DNA of 47,604 nucleotides from Haloferax elongans ATCC BAA-1513. Lineage in GTDB: Archaea; Halobacteriota; Halobacteria; Halobacteriales; Haloferacaceae. A program made the position numbers and the translations under genes. The notes beneath the pieces are model-generated. The model saw nothing but the letters and a program-made list of their open reading frames with translations, ran no database searches and had not been told where the DNA came from. This document shows, in pieces, positions 29,204-39,025 of this stretch (position 1 is the first letter of the stretch; each line of letters starts with the position of its first letter). The stretch spans positions 119,150 through 166,753 of the forward strand of contig NZ_AOLK01000012.1 in assembly GCF_000336755.1 (NCBI RefSeq). The letters run 5' to 3'.

Positions 29204-31471
29204 TTAGCGAACCGAGTCGAGGATGAGGCGCTGTTCGACGCGCTTGACCTCGTGTTGGACATCGCGGACGGCGTCGATGTTCGCCGAGATGGAACTGACG
29301 CCCTCGTCGACGAGGAACTGGACCATCTTCGACTTCGAACCGGCCTGGCCGCAGATACTCGTTTTGACACCCTCTTCGCGACACGTCTCGATGGTGTCGC
29401 CGATGAGTTTGAGCACGGCCGGGTGGAGTTCGTCATAGAGGCCAGCGACGTGCTCGTTGTTGCGGTCGACCGCGAGCGTGTACTGGGTCAGGTCGTTCGT
29501 CCCGAAGGAGGCGAAGTCGATGCCTGCGTCGGCGAGTTCACGGATGCCGAGCGCCGCGGCGGGAGTTTCTATCATGACACCCCACTCGCGCTTGTCGGGG
29601 TCGATACCCGCTTCTATCATGTGCTCTTTGGCGCGGAGCACGTCCTCGGCGTCGTTGACGAGGGGGAACATGACTTCGACGTTGTCGTACCCCATGTCGA
29701 ACAGTCGCCGGAAGGCGTCGAGTTCGAGGCGGAAGATGTTCGGATTGTCGAGGCCGCGGCGGATACCGCGGTAGCCGAGCATCGGGTTGTGCTCGCGCGG
29801 TTCGTTCTCGCCGCCTTCGAGTTGGCGGAACTCGTCTGTCGGAGCGTCGAGCGTGCGGACGCGGACGGGTCGCGGATAGAACTCTTCTGCGACCTCGCGA
29901 ACGCCGGAGATGATTTCGTCGACGTAGGCGCGCTCGCCGTTCTGTTCGATGTAGCGCTCGGGCGTCTTGCCGAGCGTCAGCACCATGTGCTCGATGCGGA
30001 GCAGGCCGACACCGTCTGCGCCGGTCGCCGCAGCGCGTTCTGCGGCTTCTGGAATCGACACGTTGACCTTGACTTCTGTCGCGGTCATCGGCTTGACTGG
30101 CGTCTTCGGACGCGCTTCTTCGACGGGTTGGCGCTGCTTCTCTTCGGGTTCTTCGCCCTCGCGGATGGTCCCCTTGTCGCCGTCGATGGTGATGACCTCG
30201 CCGTCGGAGATGGTCTTCGTGGCGTCGCCGGAGCCGACGACGGCCGGAACGCCGAGTTCGCGCGAGACGATGGCGGCGTGGGAAGTCATTCCGCCTTCGT
30301 CGGTGACGATGCCGGCGGCGCGCTTCATCGCGGGCACCATGTCGGGCATCGTCATCTCGGTGACGATGATGTCGCCTTCGCCGACCTGGTCGAGGTGGTC
30401 GAGTTTCGTGACGATGCGGGCGCGTCCCGAGGCGATGCCGGGGCTCGCGCCGAGGCCGCGAAGCATGACGTCGCCGTTCCCGGACGAGGAACCGCTCGTA
30501 GTCTCGGCGGCACTGCCCTCACCGTCGCCCGAGATGGTCGTAATCGGGCGCGACTGGAGCATGTAGACTTCACCGTCGTAGACAGCCCACTCGACGTCCT
30601 GTGGGGTCTCGTAGTGGTCCTCGACCAACTCGCCGAGTTCGACGAGTCTGTCGAGTTCAGCGTCCGAGAGCACGCGGGCGTGGCGCTTCTCGTTCGGCAC
30701 CTCGCGGTCGACCGTCTCGCCGGTCTCCTCGTCGCGGATGCACATCATCTTCTTGTCGGCGATAGTGGCCGTCTCCACCTCGCCGGTCTCGCGGCTTACG
30801 ACGTAGTTGTCGGGCGAGACGGTGCCGGAGACGACGGCTTCGCCGAGGCCCCAGGCGGCTTCGACGATAATCTGCTCGTCACCCGTCGAGGGGTGGCGAG
30901 TGAACATCACGCCGGATTTCTCGGAGTCGACCATCTGCTGGACGACGACCGCGATATCGACCTTGTCGTGGGGGAAGCCCTTCCGATTACGGTAGTAGAT
31001 TGCGCGCTCGGAGAACAGCGAGGCCCAGCACTCCTTGACGCGTTCGAGGAGGGCTTCCTCGGTGACGTTGAGGAACGTCTCTTGCTGTCCCGCGAAGGAG
31101 GCGTCAGGGAGGTCTTCCGCCGTCGCAGAGGAGCGAACTGCGACGAACGCGTCCCCTTCGCCGAGACTTCCGTATGCGTCGAGAATCTCCTCACGGACGC
31201 TCTCGGGCATCGGCGTCTCCATGATGAGTTCGTGTGCTGCCTCGTGAGCCGCTTTCAGCGCCGCAGAGTCCTCGTGGTCGACGTCAACCGCGGAGAAGAG
31301 TTCGTCGTCGATTCCGGAGTCCTCGATGAAGGAACGGTACGTGCCCGCCGTCACGACGAACCCCGGCGGGACCGGAAGCCCCGCGCTCGTGAGTTCGCCC
31401 AGTGACGCGCCTTTGCCGCCGACCAAGTCGAGGTCGTCGGCCCGTACGTCGTCCAGCCAGACTACAGCCAT
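29204..31471 (-). CDS. ppsA: Phosphoenolpyruvate synthase (pyruvate, water dikinase)
   Basis: Start ATG 31471 (MAVVWLDDVRADDLDLVGGKGASLGEL...). ATP-grasp N-domain, phospho-His swivel domain and PEP-binding TIM-barrel C-domain. Confidence 0.97.
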   Translation of the reverse strand: MAVVWLDDVRADDLDLVGGKGASLGELTSAGLPVPPGFVVTAGTYRSFIEDSGIDDELFSAVDVDHEDSAALKAAHEAAHELIMETPMPESVREEILDAYGSLGEGDAFVAVRSSATAEDLPDASFAGQQETFLNVTEEALLERVKECWASLFSERAIYYRNRKGFPHDKVDIAVVVQQMVDSEKSGVMFTRHPSTGDEQIIVEAAWGLGEAVVSGTVSPDNYVVSRETGEVETATIADKKMMCIRDEETGETVDREVPNEKRHARVLSDAELDRLVELGELVEDHYETPQDVEWAVYDGEVYMLQSRPITTISGDGEGSAAETTSGSSSGNGDVMLRGLGASPGIASGRARIVTKLDHLDQVGEGDIIVTEMTMPDMVPAMKRAAGIVTDEGGMTSHAAIVSRELGVPAVVGSGDATKTISDGEVITIDGDKGTIREGEEPEEKQRQPVEEARPKTPVKPMTATEVKVNVSIPEAAERAAATGADGVGLLRIEHMVLTLGKTPERYIEQNGERAYVDEIISGVREVAEEFYPRPVRVRTLDAPTDEFRQLEGGENEPREHNPMLGYRGIRRGLDNPNIFRLELDAFRRLFDMGYDNVEVMFPLVNDAEDVLRAKEHMIEAGIDPDKREWGVMIETPAAALGIRELADAGIDFASFGTNDLTQYTLAVDRNNEHVAGLYDELHPAVLKLIGDTIETCREEGVKTSICGQAGSKSKMVQFLVDEGVSSISANIDAVRDVQHEVKRVEQRLILDSVR

Positions 31472-31827
31472 GTGGTGTTCGTATGGTCCCACACACCGAT
31501 AAAGAAGTTTGCGAACGTCACATCTATGAATAAAAAATAACTCGCGGGCGAGTATGAAATTGTTGCAGGAACCGTAATTTAGGGGCCTCAGCCCTCACAG
31601 CAGGCGACAATGCAGGGGTGGCGGAATACTTCTCGAATGTTTGTTTGGAACCCCAATGTATCTTCGGGTTCGACCAACAGCAGCCGAAACCGAGTTCTCG
31701 TTGGGAGACGCGGCGTGTGAATTTGAGTGCGTGTCTGAGGGCGTAATTCGAAAGCGAATCAGGGGACGTAATTCGGGAGCGGGAAACGCGATAGACGCGA
31801 CAAGACGGGACGGGTAGCGAGGGGTTC

Positions 31828-32454
31828 TTGGTCGTTCGCCACCATATTGCTAGCGTGCTTCCGGAGTGGGTCTTTCTGCTCCCGTCGTGGCTCGTCGTGG
31901 GGCTCGTCGTGGGCGCGGTGGCCTCGGTCGTGGTCGCCGGAATCTTCGTCGTCGGCAATCGCCTCTTTCCGGAGCCGCGGGTCTCGTCTGCGACTCGCGT
32001 CGATGGTGTGGGTCGCCGCCGGTACGAAATCCGCGACTATCTCACAGCCATCGGCGAGCGATTCGTCGAGGACCAGCGCATCAACGACGAAGAGGTCGCG
32101 TTTTTCCTTCCGGAGCGTGGCGTCGCCATCACGTTCGACGCACAGGCGTTCTTCCGACTCGAACGCGCTGGTGTCTATACCGTTCTGTGCGAACACGAGA
32201 TGCCGGGCCACCAACTCGGGCGACGGCTCCCGTTCGACGTACCCACTATCGAACCTGAACTGGCCGACCTCGACGACCCCGTCTCAGCCGCGTTCGACAG
32301 ACTCGGTGTCTCGCCGAACGCGTCGTCGGGGACGGTCCGCGACGCGTATCGAAAACAGGTGAAAGACGTGCACCCGGACCACGGCGGCGATAGAGAGAGC
32401 TTCCGACAGCTTCGTGAAGCCTACACGATGGCGCGCGACCACGCCGAGGACTAA
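31828..32454 (+). CDS. Membrane-anchored J-domain (DnaJ-like) protein
   Basis: 208 aa with an N-terminal TM helix and a C-terminal J-domain carrying HPD (...AYRKQVKDVHPDHGGDRESFRQLREAY...). Confidence 0.6.
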   Translation: MVVRHHIASVLPEWVFLLPSWLVVGLVVGAVASVVVAGIFVVGNRLFPEPRVSSATRVDGVGRRRYEIRDYLTAIGERFVEDQRINDEEVAFFLPERGVAITFDAQAFFRLERAGVYTVLCEHEMPGHQLGRRLPFDVPTIEPELADLDDPVSAAFDRLGVSPNASSGTVRDAYRKQVKDVHPDHGGDRESFRQLREAYTMARDHAED

Positions 32455-32535
32455 GCTAGCTTTCTACGCCGAGGACTACGCTGGATGCCTGTGCCGAGGA
32501 CTACACTGTGGCACCCCCGCTGAGCGCGTCCTCCC

Positions 32536-33315
32536 TTACGGCTCCGTGACTTCGAACACTACGCCCGCGTCTCGGAGCGCGTCCGTCACACGCCCAGAGG
32601 TGTCGGTGCTGGCGACGACCACAGCGTCGAGGCCGCGCGCGGCGGCGTCCGCTGCGACTTCTCCCGGTGCGAACCACGTGGCGACCTCGACGTCTTCTTT
32701 CCGGCAGGCGACCACGGCCTCGACGCCGCTCGCGACGACGATATCTGCCTCCGCACACCGCTCTGCGAACGCGTCGAGGTCGGTTTCTGAACTGCCGCCG
32801 AGTCGGGCCGGGTGGATTTGCAGGACGCTCACGGCACCTGGTTCCATCTCGATGACGCCCTCGAAACCAGTGACGCTCACGTCTTCGCCCGCTTCGGCGT
32901 CGGTGGTTGCGACGCCGACGGCGGGACCTTCTTCGCCCGGTTCGGCGTGGAGAAGACCGTCTCGGAGCGAGAGCGTCACCGTCTCGCCAGCCGAGACGTC
33001 GCCGGTGGCGATGGCGGCGTCTTCGTTGACGCTCTCCAGTACGTCGTCGGTGACGTGGTCGGCGAATCGCTGGAGGGCGCGAACCTCGCGGAAGAGCCAA
33101 TCAACGCCTTCCTTGGTGACGCGGTACCGCGAGCGACCCTCTTTTTCGACCAGTTCGTCTTCGACGAGGCCGCGGATGTACTCCGAAACGGCCTGACTCG
33201 TCACGCCGACGGCCTCGGCAATCTCGCCTTGACTCACGGCCGGCTGGCGCTCGGCAATCTCGGCGAGGATGCGGAGTCTCGTCGCTGTACGCTTGTCCTC
33301 GAGGGCACCGCTCAT
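32536..33315 (-). CDS. Winged-helix transcriptional regulator with C-terminal uncharacterised domain
   Basis: 259 aa. N-terminal wHTH (...LAEIAERQPAVSQGEIAEAVGVTSQAVSEYIRGLVEDELV...). Confidence 0.55.
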   Translation of the reverse strand: MSGALEDKRTATRLRILAEIAERQPAVSQGEIAEAVGVTSQAVSEYIRGLVEDELVEKEGRSRYRVTKEGVDWLFREVRALQRFADHVTDDVLESVNEDAAIATGDVSAGETVTLSLRDGLLHAEPGEEGPAVGVATTDAEAGEDVSVTGFEGVIEMEPGAVSVLQIHPARLGGSSETDLDAFAERCAEADIVVASGVEAVVACRKEDVEVATWFAPGEVAADAAARGLDAVVVASTDTSGRVTDALRDAGVVFEVTEP

Positions 33316-33426
33316 TATCCGGTAGAAGGACCGGTTTCATAAAAAAGGCCCGCGCTCCGGTGGCGTCGGATTGTCCCCAGTCTGGCGTGGCGGAGATGCT
33401 TTGTCACCACCCCCGTTATCTCCCGT

Positions 33427-34119
33427 GTGCTCAGTGTTGCCGTGCGTGACCGCGCTGTCTACCTCCCAGCAGCCGACGCTGTCGTCGTCGCCGACCTCCA
33501 CGCCGGGCGCGCCGAGGCCTCAGACGTGTCGTTCCCGCTGGGTGAGCGTGCAGACCTCAGCCAGCGACTCGACGCGCTGTGTTCCGAGTTCGAACCGGCA
33601 GAAGTCGTCTTCGCCGGGGACGTACTCCACCAGTTCACTCACGTCTCGAACCGCGTCGCCGAGACGGTCGAATCACTCGCCGAGACGTGCCGCGACGCCG
33701 GGTCGAACCCCGTGTTCGTCGCGGGGAACCACGACACTGTCCTCGCCGACGCGTGGCCGGGCAACATCCACGACGAGTACAGACTCTCGGACGACACACT
33801 GGTTTCGCACGGCCATCGCCACCCCGATGGCTCGTCGCACCTCCACGTCATCGGACACGACCACCCGACAATCACTATCGACGGCCGGACGCGACCCTGT
33901 GTGCTCTACGGTCCCGACGCGTACCGCGGCGCGGACGTGCTGCTACTTCCGTCGTTCACCCGATTGGCTGGCGGTGTCGAAGTCAATCAGATGCGTGCCG
34001 ACGATTTTCAATCCCCACTGGTCCAAGACGCGGACGTGTTTCGGCCACTCGTCCGCGATGAGGACGCTGGCGAGACGCTCACGTTCCCGCCGCTACAAAA
34101 ACTGCGCCGGATGCTCTGA
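33427..34119 (+). CDS. Metallophosphoesterase (calcineurin-like, ICC/COG1407-type)
   Basis: DxH, GDxxH, GNHD and GHxH(P) motifs (VVADLHAG, AGDVLH, AGNHD, IGHDHP). Confidence 0.7.
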   Translation: MLSVAVRDRAVYLPAADAVVVADLHAGRAEASDVSFPLGERADLSQRLDALCSEFEPAEVVFAGDVLHQFTHVSNRVAETVESLAETCRDAGSNPVFVAGNHDTVLADAWPGNIHDEYRLSDDTLVSHGHRHPDGSSHLHVIGHDHPTITIDGRTRPCVLYGPDAYRGADVLLLPSFTRLAGGVEVNQMRADDFQSPLVQDADVFRPLVRDEDAGETLTFPPLQKLRRML

Positions 34120-34175
34120 GTTGGCGGGCTGACGACCGAGAAGTTGGCCGGGAATGTGGCTCTTGAGGCGACTGC

Positions 34176-36515
34176 TCAGTGCTGCTCGTCGGGTGCCTCT
34201 GTGGCCGTATCCGCCTCACCCTCGCCACCATCGGCCGCGACGGAAGCGGGTTCGTCGGCGTGCGCTTGTTCTGACGCCGTAGACTCGTCCGCGCCGAGTC
34301 CCTTCTCGCCGGTGTCTACACTGGACTCGAAGTGTTCGAGCATGGACTGCAACTCCATGGAGCGGGCCGCGAGGCGGTCGATTTGCGAGGCAACGTCTTC
34401 GGTCACCGATGCACCTTCGTCGGCCGCGGTGGCGACGGTCTCGGCCTCGGCGGTCGTCTCCTCGGAGATAGCAGAGATGTGGTCGACCATCTCTGCGACC
34501 TGCTGGGTGGAGTCTGCTTGGCTGTCGGTTGCGTGGGTAATCTCTTGGACGCCGTCGTGGGCGTTTTCGATACCATCGACGATTTCGTCGAAGGCGTCGA
34601 CCGCTTCGTCCACGCTGTCGCTCCCTTCGGAGACGTGGTCGCTCATCTCGTGGATACGGTCGACAGACGTGTTCGTCTGGTCTCTGAGCCCGGCCAGCAG
34701 TTCGGAAATCTCTTGGGTCGCTTCACGCGTCTCCTCGGCGAGGTCCTTGACTTCGGCGGCGACGACAGCGAAGCCTTCACCGGCCTCTCCTGCCCGTGCG
34801 GCCTCGATAGACGCGTTGAGCGCGAGGATGTTCGTCTGGTCGGCGATGTCCTCGATGAGCGTGACGACCTCACCGACTTGGGCCATCTGCTCGTCGAGTT
34901 CCTCGATTGCGCCAGCGGTCTCGTCGCTCGCGGCCTCGATGGTGTTCATCTTCGTGAGCGCGTCCTGTCCGAGGTCGTGGCCGACGCGGCCGCGACTCGC
35001 CACGTGGTCGAAGGTGTCTGCGACCTCGTTCGCCGAGGCGGCAATCTCCTCGATAGTGGCCGACAGCGTGCTCATCTCGTTGGCGACGCCGTCGAGTTTG
35101 TCGGCCTGTTCGACCGTCCCGTCGGAAATCTCTCGAATCGATTGGTTGACCTCCGAGGTGGCTTCGGTCACTCTGTCAGCGCCGTCGGACACTTGCTGGC
35201 TCGCCTCGACGACGTCGTCAGCGAAGGTCTGGACCTGCGCGACCGTCGCTTCGAGGTCGTCGAGCATCTGGTTGAACGCGATGCCAATCGCTTCCATCGC
35301 CTCGTTTTCGGACTCGGTATCAACTCGACGAGAGAGGTCGCCTGCCGCGGCCTCCTGCATCGCGTCTTCGTACGCCTCGGCTTTGCGCTCCAGCGTCTCA
35401 TTCAACTCGCGCGCGGCGGACATGCGTTCGACGAGTGAGTCACGCATCCCTGCAATCGAATCGTACAGGACGCCGAGTTCGTCCTCGCGGTCAGATTCGA
35501 GCGTCACGTCGTAGTCACCGGCTTCGATGTCGCGAGCGCGGTCCGAGAGCTTCGAGAGCGACGATGCGGTCCCGCGTCCAATCGTGCCGCCGAGGACGAT
35601 GACGCCTCCGAGCGCGATGCCGATGAAGAGCAGGATACCGTTTCGCACGTCTGAGACGACTTCGTACGCGCTCGACGTCGGCGTGTGCTTGACGAGAATC
35701 CAGTCGGTGCCTTGGATGGGCGCGTAGGCAGCCACGTAGTCAGCGTCGAGTTCCTGTTCTTTCGCGCCGTCAGTGATGAATCCCGACTCGCCGCGTGCAC
35801 CCTGCTCGATTGCGGTCGACGACGCGTTGTCGTCGGCGAGGTACGACGTGAGGCGTTTGTCTTCGTTACGAGCGAAAAGCACCTTGCCGCCGGAGTCGAC
35901 GACGTAGGTGAAGCTCCCGTTGTCGGCCGCGTTGAACTGCGACGAGAGGTCGCTGACGTCGACGGTGATGACGACAGCACCGTTGAAGACGCGGTTGACG
36001 GGGCTGACGAACGCCACGACAGTCTTCCCGTTTTCGTTCACGTACGGGTCCGAGACGAACACCGTCTCGAAGTTCGAGAATCCGAGGCGTCCGAACCACG
36101 GTTGCGACGAGAGGTCTTTGCCGACGGCGGCGTCGTTGGTACTCGTGACGACAGTCCCCTCACGGGTGTCGATGTAGTGGACGGACTGCGTCCCGGCTGG
36201 GAGCTTCTTCGACATCTCGCTTCGCAGGTGCGACTGAATTGCCGCGTTGTCGCCGGTGCGGAGCGTCGGATGGTCGGAGAGCATTCGCGTGACTGCGGCG
36301 TGGCGCTCGCGCCACTGCCCGATAGACGACGACTCCGCCTCGGCGCGGGCGGTGAGGTCGGCACGCACGTCACTTTTGATGGTACTCTCTGTCTGTCCCT
36401 GGACACCGACGCCAACGGCGGCGATGAGGACGACGATGACGAGCAACGCGAGCGCGAACTTCAGGAGGTACGATTCCCGGATTCGACTCGGAAGAACACG
36501 GTCGAGTCTGCTCAT
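34176..36515 (-). CDS. Methyl-accepting chemotaxis transducer (Htr) with periplasmic dCache-like domain and HAMP (CosT/BasT-like)
   Basis: 779 aa. TM1, periplasmic sensor domain, TM2, HAMP and a methyl-accepting signalling domain with highly conserved tip (...[39 protein letters not shown]...). The start overlaps the upstream SBP stop (ATGA). Confidence 0.9.
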   Translation of the reverse strand: MSRLDRVLPSRIRESYLLKFALALLVIVVLIAAVGVGVQGQTESTIKSDVRADLTARAEAESSSIGQWRERHAAVTRMLSDHPTLRTGDNAAIQSHLRSEMSKKLPAGTQSVHYIDTREGTVVTSTNDAAVGKDLSSQPWFGRLGFSNFETVFVSDPYVNENGKTVVAFVSPVNRVFNGAVVITVDVSDLSSQFNAADNGSFTYVVDSGGKVLFARNEDKRLTSYLADDNASSTAIEQGARGESGFITDGAKEQELDADYVAAYAPIQGTDWILVKHTPTSSAYEVVSDVRNGILLFIGIALGGVIVLGGTIGRGTASSLSKLSDRARDIEAGDYDVTLESDREDELGVLYDSIAGMRDSLVERMSAARELNETLERKAEAYEDAMQEAAAGDLSRRVDTESENEAMEAIGIAFNQMLDDLEATVAQVQTFADDVVEASQQVSDGADRVTEATSEVNQSIREISDGTVEQADKLDGVANEMSTLSATIEEIAASANEVADTFDHVASRGRVGHDLGQDALTKMNTIEAASDETAGAIEELDEQMAQVGEVVTLIEDIADQTNILALNASIEAARAGEAGEGFAVVAAEVKDLAEETREATQEISELLAGLRDQTNTSVDRIHEMSDHVSEGSDSVDEAVDAFDEIVDGIENAHDGVQEITHATDSQADSTQQVAEMVDHISAISEETTAEAETVATAADEGASVTEDVASQIDRLAARSMELQSMLEHFESSVDTGEKGLGADESTASEQAHADEPASVAADGGEGEADTATEAPDEQH

Positions 36516-37483
36516 ATGACTCCCTCCGAGGTTAGGAACTCGCGGGCGACGACCTGTGGGTCGGCACCGTCGAGGGCGACCTGTTTGTTCAGGGCCTGCA
36601 TCGTCTCGTTGTCCTTCAACGCGGGACCAATCTTCGAGAGGACCGTCCGAATCTCGGGGTGCTTCTCGAACGTCTCTTTGCGCCCAATCGGGACGGGATT
36701 GTACACCGGGAAGAAGTTCTCGTCGTCATCCAGCGTTTCCAGCCCGTAGACGAGAATCTGCGGGTTCGTGGCGAAGCCCATTCCGACGGCGGCCATATCG
36801 GTTCGAAGGAACTCGTAGGTCAACCCGGAATCGACGACTTCGATGTTGTCTTCCCACGCTGCGAGCGCGTCGTCTTCGAACCCGTAGTAGTCGGCGAGCC
36901 CCGGCCAGCCGTCAGAGCGCCCGAAGAACCCCTCGCCGAGGACGATTTTGTCTTCGATATTGCCGGAGTTGACGTGCTCGGCGAGGTCGCTGATGCTTCG
37001 CACGCCGGTTTTGTCCATCCACTCCGGTGACGCGAGAAGCGCGTAGGTGTTGTCGAACAGTCCGCGGTCGAGTGCTTCTAACCCGTGTTCGTCGCGGATT
37101 TCGGTCTTCATCTCGTCGTAGAGTGTCGCCGGGTCCGACGGCGACGACTCGTGTTGCGGTGGGTAGAAACTCCAAATCGTCCCCGTGTAGTCCCAGTAGA
37201 GGTCCAGCGCCGATTCGAGAAGCCCGCCCCAGACGGCACTCGACCCACCGTACCTCGTTTCGTCGACCAGTGGCACGTCGGTCGTCGCGGTGATGGCTTC
37301 GTACGCCATGTAGCCGAGAATGACGTTCTCGGTGAACGATTTCGAACCAATCGTGACCGCTGTCCCGTCTCCTGACGAGGACGTGTCTCCCCGACTTCCG
37401 AGACACCCCGTAATCGAAGCGAGCGATGCACCCGCACACAGCGCACCACCCCCACGAAGCGTCTGTCTCCTAGTAACCCGCAT
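36512..37483 (-). CDS. Glycine betaine/compatible-solute-type periplasmic substrate-binding lipoprotein (ProX/OpuAC family), Tat-lipobox (CosB-like)
   Basis: Start ATG 37483 ([27 protein letters not shown]: twin-Arg plus lipobox). ProX-fold SBP; the stop overlaps the transducer start. Confidence 0.8.
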   Translation of the reverse strand: MRVTRRQTLRGGGALCAGASLASITGCLGSRGDTSSSGDGTAVTIGSKSFTENVILGYMAYEAITATTDVPLVDETRYGGSSAVWGGLLESALDLYWDYTGTIWSFYPPQHESSPSDPATLYDEMKTEIRDEHGLEALDRGLFDNTYALLASPEWMDKTGVRSISDLAEHVNSGNIEDKIVLGEGFFGRSDGWPGLADYYGFEDDALAAWEDNIEVVDSGLTYEFLRTDMAAVGMGFATNPQILVYGLETLDDDENFFPVYNPVPIGRKETFEKHPEIRTVLSKIGPALKDNETMQALNKQVALDGADPQVVAREFLTSEGVI

Positions 37484-37525
37484 ACAGAAGGGGTAAAAAT
37501 ATCTGGTAAATAAAACCGAGGCGGC

Positions 37526-37545
37526 GGTTATCGAAACCGATAACC
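37526..37545. promoter_or_regulatory. Perfect 8-4-8 palindrome GGTTATCG-AAAC-CGATAACC between FAD-oxidoreductase gene end and the SBP-transducer operon start
   Basis: Seen directly. It is followed by T-runs on both strands and lies about 45-60 nt upstream of the SBP start. Confidence 0.4.
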
Positions 37546-37650
37546 TTTTGTACAATAAGGCAACAACTACAAAAAACTAATTTAAAGTTTATTCGAGGGT
37601 CAGACTGGTAACGGTCGTTCGGTTTGTACGACGAGAAACCGGTTTCGGGG

Positions 37651-38931
37651 TCAGTTCGGGAGGTCTCGACGAATCGCGTCGGCCGCCTCCCGGCCACTTC
37701 GCATTGCGCCGTGAATCGACGACCACGCGGTGTAGTCACCCGCGAGATAGGTTCGGCCTGCCGGGTCGCGGGCGTCGGGAAGCGAGTCGTGAACGCCCGG
37801 CGGTTGGGAGAACTGCGCGAACGAGACGTAGTCGGTGTGGAGCAGTTCGAGGTCGTCGAAGTAGCGCTCGGGGTACCACGCTTCGAGCGTCCGGCGCGTC
37901 TTCTCGAACAGCGCGTCTTCCGACTCGTCCTGCACAGCAGAGCCCAAGAACGTCGCGTTCAGGAGTTCTGTCCCCCCGGGTGCGTACTCGGGGGCGACCG
38001 TCGAGAGCGGGACGATGGTGTTGGGGTCGGGGTCGGCGGCGTTGAGCATGATGCGTTTCCCGGCGTCGAGACCGCTGTCAGACGGAAGCGTGTAGTACTG
38101 GGTGACACATCCGCGCGCGTCGGTGGGAATCGACTCGACGCCCGTGAGTCGCCGGGCCTCTTTCGGGTCGGTCGCGACGACGAGCGCGTCGGCTTCAATC
38201 GACTCTCGCCCGGTCGTGACGACCGCACCGTCGGCGTCGCTCTGAATCGACTCGACGCGCTCGCCGAGGCGGAATGTCGCCCCCTCGTCGCGGGCGCTGT
38301 CGGCGAGTTGCTCGGGGATAGCCTGCATTCCAGCGGCCGGAACGGCGGTCGACCCGGTCGAGAGCATCTTGAAGGTGTACTCGAAGACGCGCTTCGACGT
38401 GGAGAGCGACCGGTCGAGCGTGATGCCGCCGTAGAAGGGTGCGACGAAGTGCTCGATGTAGTCCTCGGAGAAGCCCCAGTCGCGGAGGTGTGCCCGGGTG
38501 CTCCGGTCGGGACCGTCGAATATCTCGGCTTCGTCGCGGGTGCTCACGTCCTGTCTGAGCGCGAGCGTCCGAAGTTTGTCGCTCGTCGTGATTTCCGGGT
38601 TCCGAAGCGAGTCGAGGACGCTTTCGATGTCCCGAAGCGGGTCCGAGAGCACCGAGCGCCGACTCGGCCGACAGAGCGTCGCACCCGGGGTGAACCGCCG
38701 CAGGTCGAGGGCGTCGAGGTCGAGTTCACGCTGAACCGACGGGTAGTCGGTCAAGAGGACCTGAAACCCGCGGTCGAGTGTGAAGCCGTCCTTGGTCCGG
38801 GTTCGAACGCGACCACCGACGTCGTCACGACGTTCGACGACGGTGACGTCTGCCCCGTCGGCGGCGAGGTGGCGTGCGGCGACGAGTCCCGCGAGTCCCG
38901 CGCCAACAACCACGATGTGGCTATCGTCCAT
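37651..38931 (-). CDS. FAD-dependent amine-oxidase/protoporphyrinogen-oxidase-like oxidoreductase
   Basis: Start ATG 38931 (MDDSHIVVVGAGLAGLVAARHL...ERRDDVGGR: Rossmann dinucleotide fold). About 426 aa. Confidence 0.7.
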   Translation of the reverse strand: MDDSHIVVVGAGLAGLVAARHLAADGADVTVVERRDDVGGRVRTRTKDGFTLDRGFQVLLTDYPSVQRELDLDALDLRRFTPGATLCRPSRRSVLSDPLRDIESVLDSLRNPEITTSDKLRTLALRQDVSTRDEAEIFDGPDRSTRAHLRDWGFSEDYIEHFVAPFYGGITLDRSLSTSKRVFEYTFKMLSTGSTAVPAAGMQAIPEQLADSARDEGATFRLGERVESIQSDADGAVVTTGRESIEADALVVATDPKEARRLTGVESIPTDARGCVTQYYTLPSDSGLDAGKRIMLNAADPDPNTIVPLSTVAPEYAPGGTELLNATFLGSAVQDESEDALFEKTRRTLEAWYPERYFDDLELLHTDYVSFAQFSQPPGVHDSLPDARDPAGRTYLAGDYTAWSSIHGAMRSGREAADAIRRDLPN

Positions 38932-39025
38932 ACCCCGTTTCTTGGACGGACGACACAAAGCCCCTGCGGGTCCCCGTCGTCGGCCGACGAGAAGGGCTTA
39001 GTCCCTCCCCCCGTAAGGGCCGCCT

